A stretch of 64,000 bases of DNA from positions 6,272,001 through 6,336,000 of the forward strand of contig OZ241867.1 of assembly GCA_965203175.1 (NCBI GenBank), given 5' to 3'. The stretch comes from Candidatus Latescibacterota bacterium (GTDB lineage Bacteria; Latescibacterota; UBA2968; UBA8231). The translations under genes were made by a program, and so were the position numbers. Numbering within the stretch: position 1 is the first letter of the stretch; each line of letters begins with the position of its first letter. Shown here piece by piece: positions 60,715 to 64,000 of this stretch. Below the pieces are notes generated by a model. That model did no database searches. It had not been told where the DNA came from and worked only from the letters and a program-made list of their open reading frames with translations.

Positions 60715-61338
60715 TTACTCCTTCTCGACCTGCTTGGGCTTCCAAGTCCTGACCGCCCATATAAAAAAGCCAATGATGAAAAACGCGCTCGGCGGCAAGA
60801 GCATCAGGCCGTTGGGCGCGTACCAACCCCCCTCGGCGGCCAATGCAAACATTGGTACCCCAAACAGCGAACCCGATCCAAATAGCTCGCGCAATATGCC
60901 TACTACCAGCAGAATGACGCTGTAGCCCAAGGCATTGCCCAAACCGTCGAGAAAGCTCAGCCCAGGACCATTCTGCGAGGCGAAAGCCTCGGCCCGTCCC
61001 ATAATAATGCAATTAGTGATAATCAGGCCGACGAAGACCGAGAGCTGTTTGCTAATATCAAAGGCATAGGCGCGCAGGAATTGATCGACGATAATCACCA
61101 ACGAGGCGATGATCGTCATCTGCACGATAATGCGGATATTGGCCGGGATAAAGTTGCGGATCACGCTGACGGCCATGTTGGAACAACAGAGCACGAAAAT
61201 GACCGCCAAGCACATGGTGACGGTGGTCTCCAACTTGGTCGTCACCGCCAGCGCCGAGCATATGCCGAGGCTCAGCAAGGCAATGGGATTTTCGTCAAAG
61301 AGCGGCCTGAAGAGGACGTCTCTTGGTTTGTCAGCCAT
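60715..61338 (-). CDS. nqrD: Na+-NQR subunit D
   Basis: [22 protein letters not shown]. Confidence 0.96.
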   Translation of the reverse strand: MADKPRDVLFRPLFDENPIALLSLGICSALAVTTKLETTVTMCLAVIFVLCCSNMAVSVIRNFIPANIRIIVQMTIIASLVIIVDQFLRAYAFDISKQLSVFVGLIITNCIIMGRAEAFASQNGPGLSFLDGLGNALGYSVILLVVGILRELFGSGSLFGVPMFALAAEGGWYAPNGLMLLPPSAFFIIGFFIWAVRTWKPKQVEKE

Positions 61339-62130
61339 TTAACTAACTCCTCGTTCTTTGAGCTTGGCCAGATACGGCCCAAAGGCTTCCGTACCCAGCC
61401 AGTAGCGCAGCATGTCCCTGACGCCGCGCGAGGTAATGGTGGCACCAGACAGCCCATCGACCTGATACTGGGTTTCGGGCCGTCCCTGGACGACCTTGCC
61501 CCTGATCACCTCGATGCGCACTGCACCGCTTTCGTCAAAGGCCTTTTTGCCGTCCCACAGGGCCTTCCAACTCGGGTTATCGACCTCGCCGCCCAAGCCC
61601 GGAGTCTCGGCGTGCTCGTAATAGACCAGCCCGCGGATGGTATTGAGATCCTTGGCATCAAGGGCCACAAATCCATAGAGCGTTGACCATAGCCCTAAGC
61701 CGTGGACGGGCAGGATGACCTTTTTGACCTTGCCCTTTTGCGAGACCATGTACACCGAGGCGTGAAGTGCGCGGCGCTTGACATTGGCGATGTCCACATC
61801 GGCCGGAACCAACTCACTTTGCGCCGGATCCTTGGCCGCCCGCCGCTGGTCATAGGCGATCGGGTCCACGCCATCGACGTATTCTCCGGTCGCCAAATCG
61901 ACGACGCGGGTATTTATGTTTTGGTACAACGCATCGATGCGCTCGCCGCTGGCGACCTCGCCGGATTTCAGCAGACCCGCGGCCATCAGAATATTGCGCT
62001 TCTTGTCGAGCGTCTTGTTGACCGCTTGGGTCGGCCTCAGCGACACCGCCGCCGCCGATACCAACACCGAGCAGACGAGGCAAACGCCGAGCGCCACGCC
62101 GAATGTTCTACCTACTGAATCGTTAGCCAC
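61339..62130 (-). CDS. nqrC: Na+-NQR subunit C
   Basis: GLGLWST, ETPGLGGE, FMN site DGLSGATIT; GTG start at 62130. Confidence 0.95.
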   Translation of the reverse strand: MANDSVGRTFGVALGVCLVCSVLVSAAAVSLRPTQAVNKTLDKKRNILMAAGLLKSGEVASGERIDALYQNINTRVVDLATGEYVDGVDPIAYDQRRAAKDPAQSELVPADVDIANVKRRALHASVYMVSQKGKVKKVILPVHGLGLWSTLYGFVALDAKDLNTIRGLVYYEHAETPGLGGEVDNPSWKALWDGKKAFDESGAVRIEVIRGKVVQGRPETQYQVDGLSGATITSRGVRDMLRYWLGTEAFGPYLAKLKERGVS

Positions 62131-62144
62131 TTTGTCTATCTCTC

Positions 62145-63362
62145 CTAAGAGCTGACGGCGGTGCGGGCCAGCCTGCGCTTGATGTTGGCTTGTATTGCCA
62201 CATAGTCGATCGCGGGCGCGAAGACATTGCCAAAGAGAATGGCCAGCATTACGCCTTCGGGAAAGGCCGGATTGATCACGCGGATCAGCACGGTCATAAA
62301 GCCTATGAGCGCCCCGTACGCCCAACGACCGGCCGGGGTCATGGTTGCCGACACCGGATCCGTCGCCATATAGACGCAGCCAAAGGCATATCCGCCCAGC
62401 ACCAAATGCCAAGCCGCGTTCATCTGGAACATCGGGTTGGTATCGCTGCCAATCGCGTACAGCAATTCGGCACAGACTACCGTCGCCACCGTCATGCTGA
62501 CGATGATTTGCCAAGAGCCGACCCTAGTCGCGATGAGAATGGCCGCGCCGATCAGGCAGGCTAGAGTCGATGTTTCGCCCATGGACCCGGGGATCGTGCC
62601 CAAGAAAGCCTGCATCCAAGTCACCGTATCGGTAACGGCCGTCATGCCGTCGGCAGCAGCAGCTCCCAGCGGGGTAGCGTACGTAAAGCCATCGACCGCG
62701 ACCCAGACCGCATCACCGGTGATCTCGACGGGATACGCAAAATAGAGGAAAGCCCTCCCAGTCAGCGCTGGATTGAGGAAATTCTTGCCGGTGCCACCGA
62801 AGACCTCTTTGCCTATCACCACGCCGAAACTGATGCCGATAGCCACCTGCCACAGGGGGATCGTCGGCGGCAGGGTCAGGGGAAAGAGCATGCCCGTGAC
62901 CAAGAAGCCCTCGTTGATCTCGTGCTTGCGAACCATCGCGAAAAGCCCTTCCCACAAGCCACCCACCATATTGCACACCAAAAAGACGGGGAAGAAATAG
63001 AGGAAACCGTGGAATACGTTAGCCAATGGGTTACTGGGATTGTAGCCGATGCCGAGGATGTCGATGATTATCCCGCGCCATTCGCCCGTCGTGGTCTCCC
63101 CCATCTGCTGCATAGCCGAGTTGATCTGATAGCCAGTGTTCCACATGGCCATGAAGATGCAGGGAACGAGCGCGACGACGACCGTAATCATGGTGCGCTT
63201 GAGGTCAATGCCGTCGCGCACATGCGTCGGCCCCTCAGTGACGCGACCGGGCGTATATAAAAATGTATCGGCTGCTTCGTATAGAGCGTAGAACTTTTCC
63301 AGCCGTCCCCCCTTGTGGAAAAGGGGCTCGGCTTGGTCGAGCAGATCTCGCAAAACCTTCAT
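62145..63362 (-). CDS. nqrB: Na+-NQR subunit B
   Basis: [40 protein letters not shown]. Confidence 0.96.
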   Translation of the reverse strand: MKVLRDLLDQAEPLFHKGGRLEKFYALYEAADTFLYTPGRVTEGPTHVRDGIDLKRTMITVVVALVPCIFMAMWNTGYQINSAMQQMGETTTGEWRGIIIDILGIGYNPSNPLANVFHGFLYFFPVFLVCNMVGGLWEGLFAMVRKHEINEGFLVTGMLFPLTLPPTIPLWQVAIGISFGVVIGKEVFGGTGKNFLNPALTGRAFLYFAYPVEITGDAVWVAVDGFTYATPLGAAAADGMTAVTDTVTWMQAFLGTIPGSMGETSTLACLIGAAILIATRVGSWQIIVSMTVATVVCAELLYAIGSDTNPMFQMNAAWHLVLGGYAFGCVYMATDPVSATMTPAGRWAYGALIGFMTVLIRVINPAFPEGVMLAILFGNVFAPAIDYVAIQANIKRRLARTAVSS

Positions 63363-63371
63363 TGAATGCGT

Positions 63372-64000
<629 letters not shown>

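Noticed and set aside
61339-62514. Extended ORF-track starts for nqrC (62514), atpA (55931), the FtsX fusion (8528), PAP2 (17044) and tpiA (35424)
   Set aside because: The extensions overlap upstream genes; downstream starts fit RBS positions and family N-termini better.

Overview
A GC-rich, gene-dense bacterial chromosomal segment, probably from a diderm lineage (the atp and nqr genes look FCB-group-like; taxonomy is inference only). It is mostly housekeeping: mpl, a GT2, hisC, bifunctional rel, recD2, map, dnaE, trm112, pfk-pgk-tpiA-secG-tRNA-Leu(GAG), comF, an M16 peptidase, tRNA-Met(CAT), a full atp operon and the nqr(A)BCDEF-nqrM operon. Two accessory blocks stand out. (1) 5776-17850 is a tightly coupled, uncharacterised membrane system. 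It encodes NusG-II and Gx-transporter proteins, two paralogous OPT-like transporters (one DUF6785-like, one carrying an apparently circularly permuted FN3-like insert), and a ~1580-aa PA/M28-fold + MacB/FtsX fusion whose M28 metal ligands are rewired and which carries two RecA-CTD-like repeats. It ends with a two-repeat soluble protein, a stand-alone PqqD/RRE protein and a PAP2-like protein. No ATPase, precursor peptide or RiPP maturase is present. This is the best candidate for an undescribed system. (2) 41699-51519 is an accessory stretch next to tRNA-Met: an oxidoreductase, an unknown protein, a duplicated-architecture CPBP protease, an ABC-2 exporter, and an orphan gene behind a promoter and a structured ~120-nt leader. 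No CRISPR array, integrase, transposase or rRNA was seen. All family calls are by eye from motifs; no searches were run.
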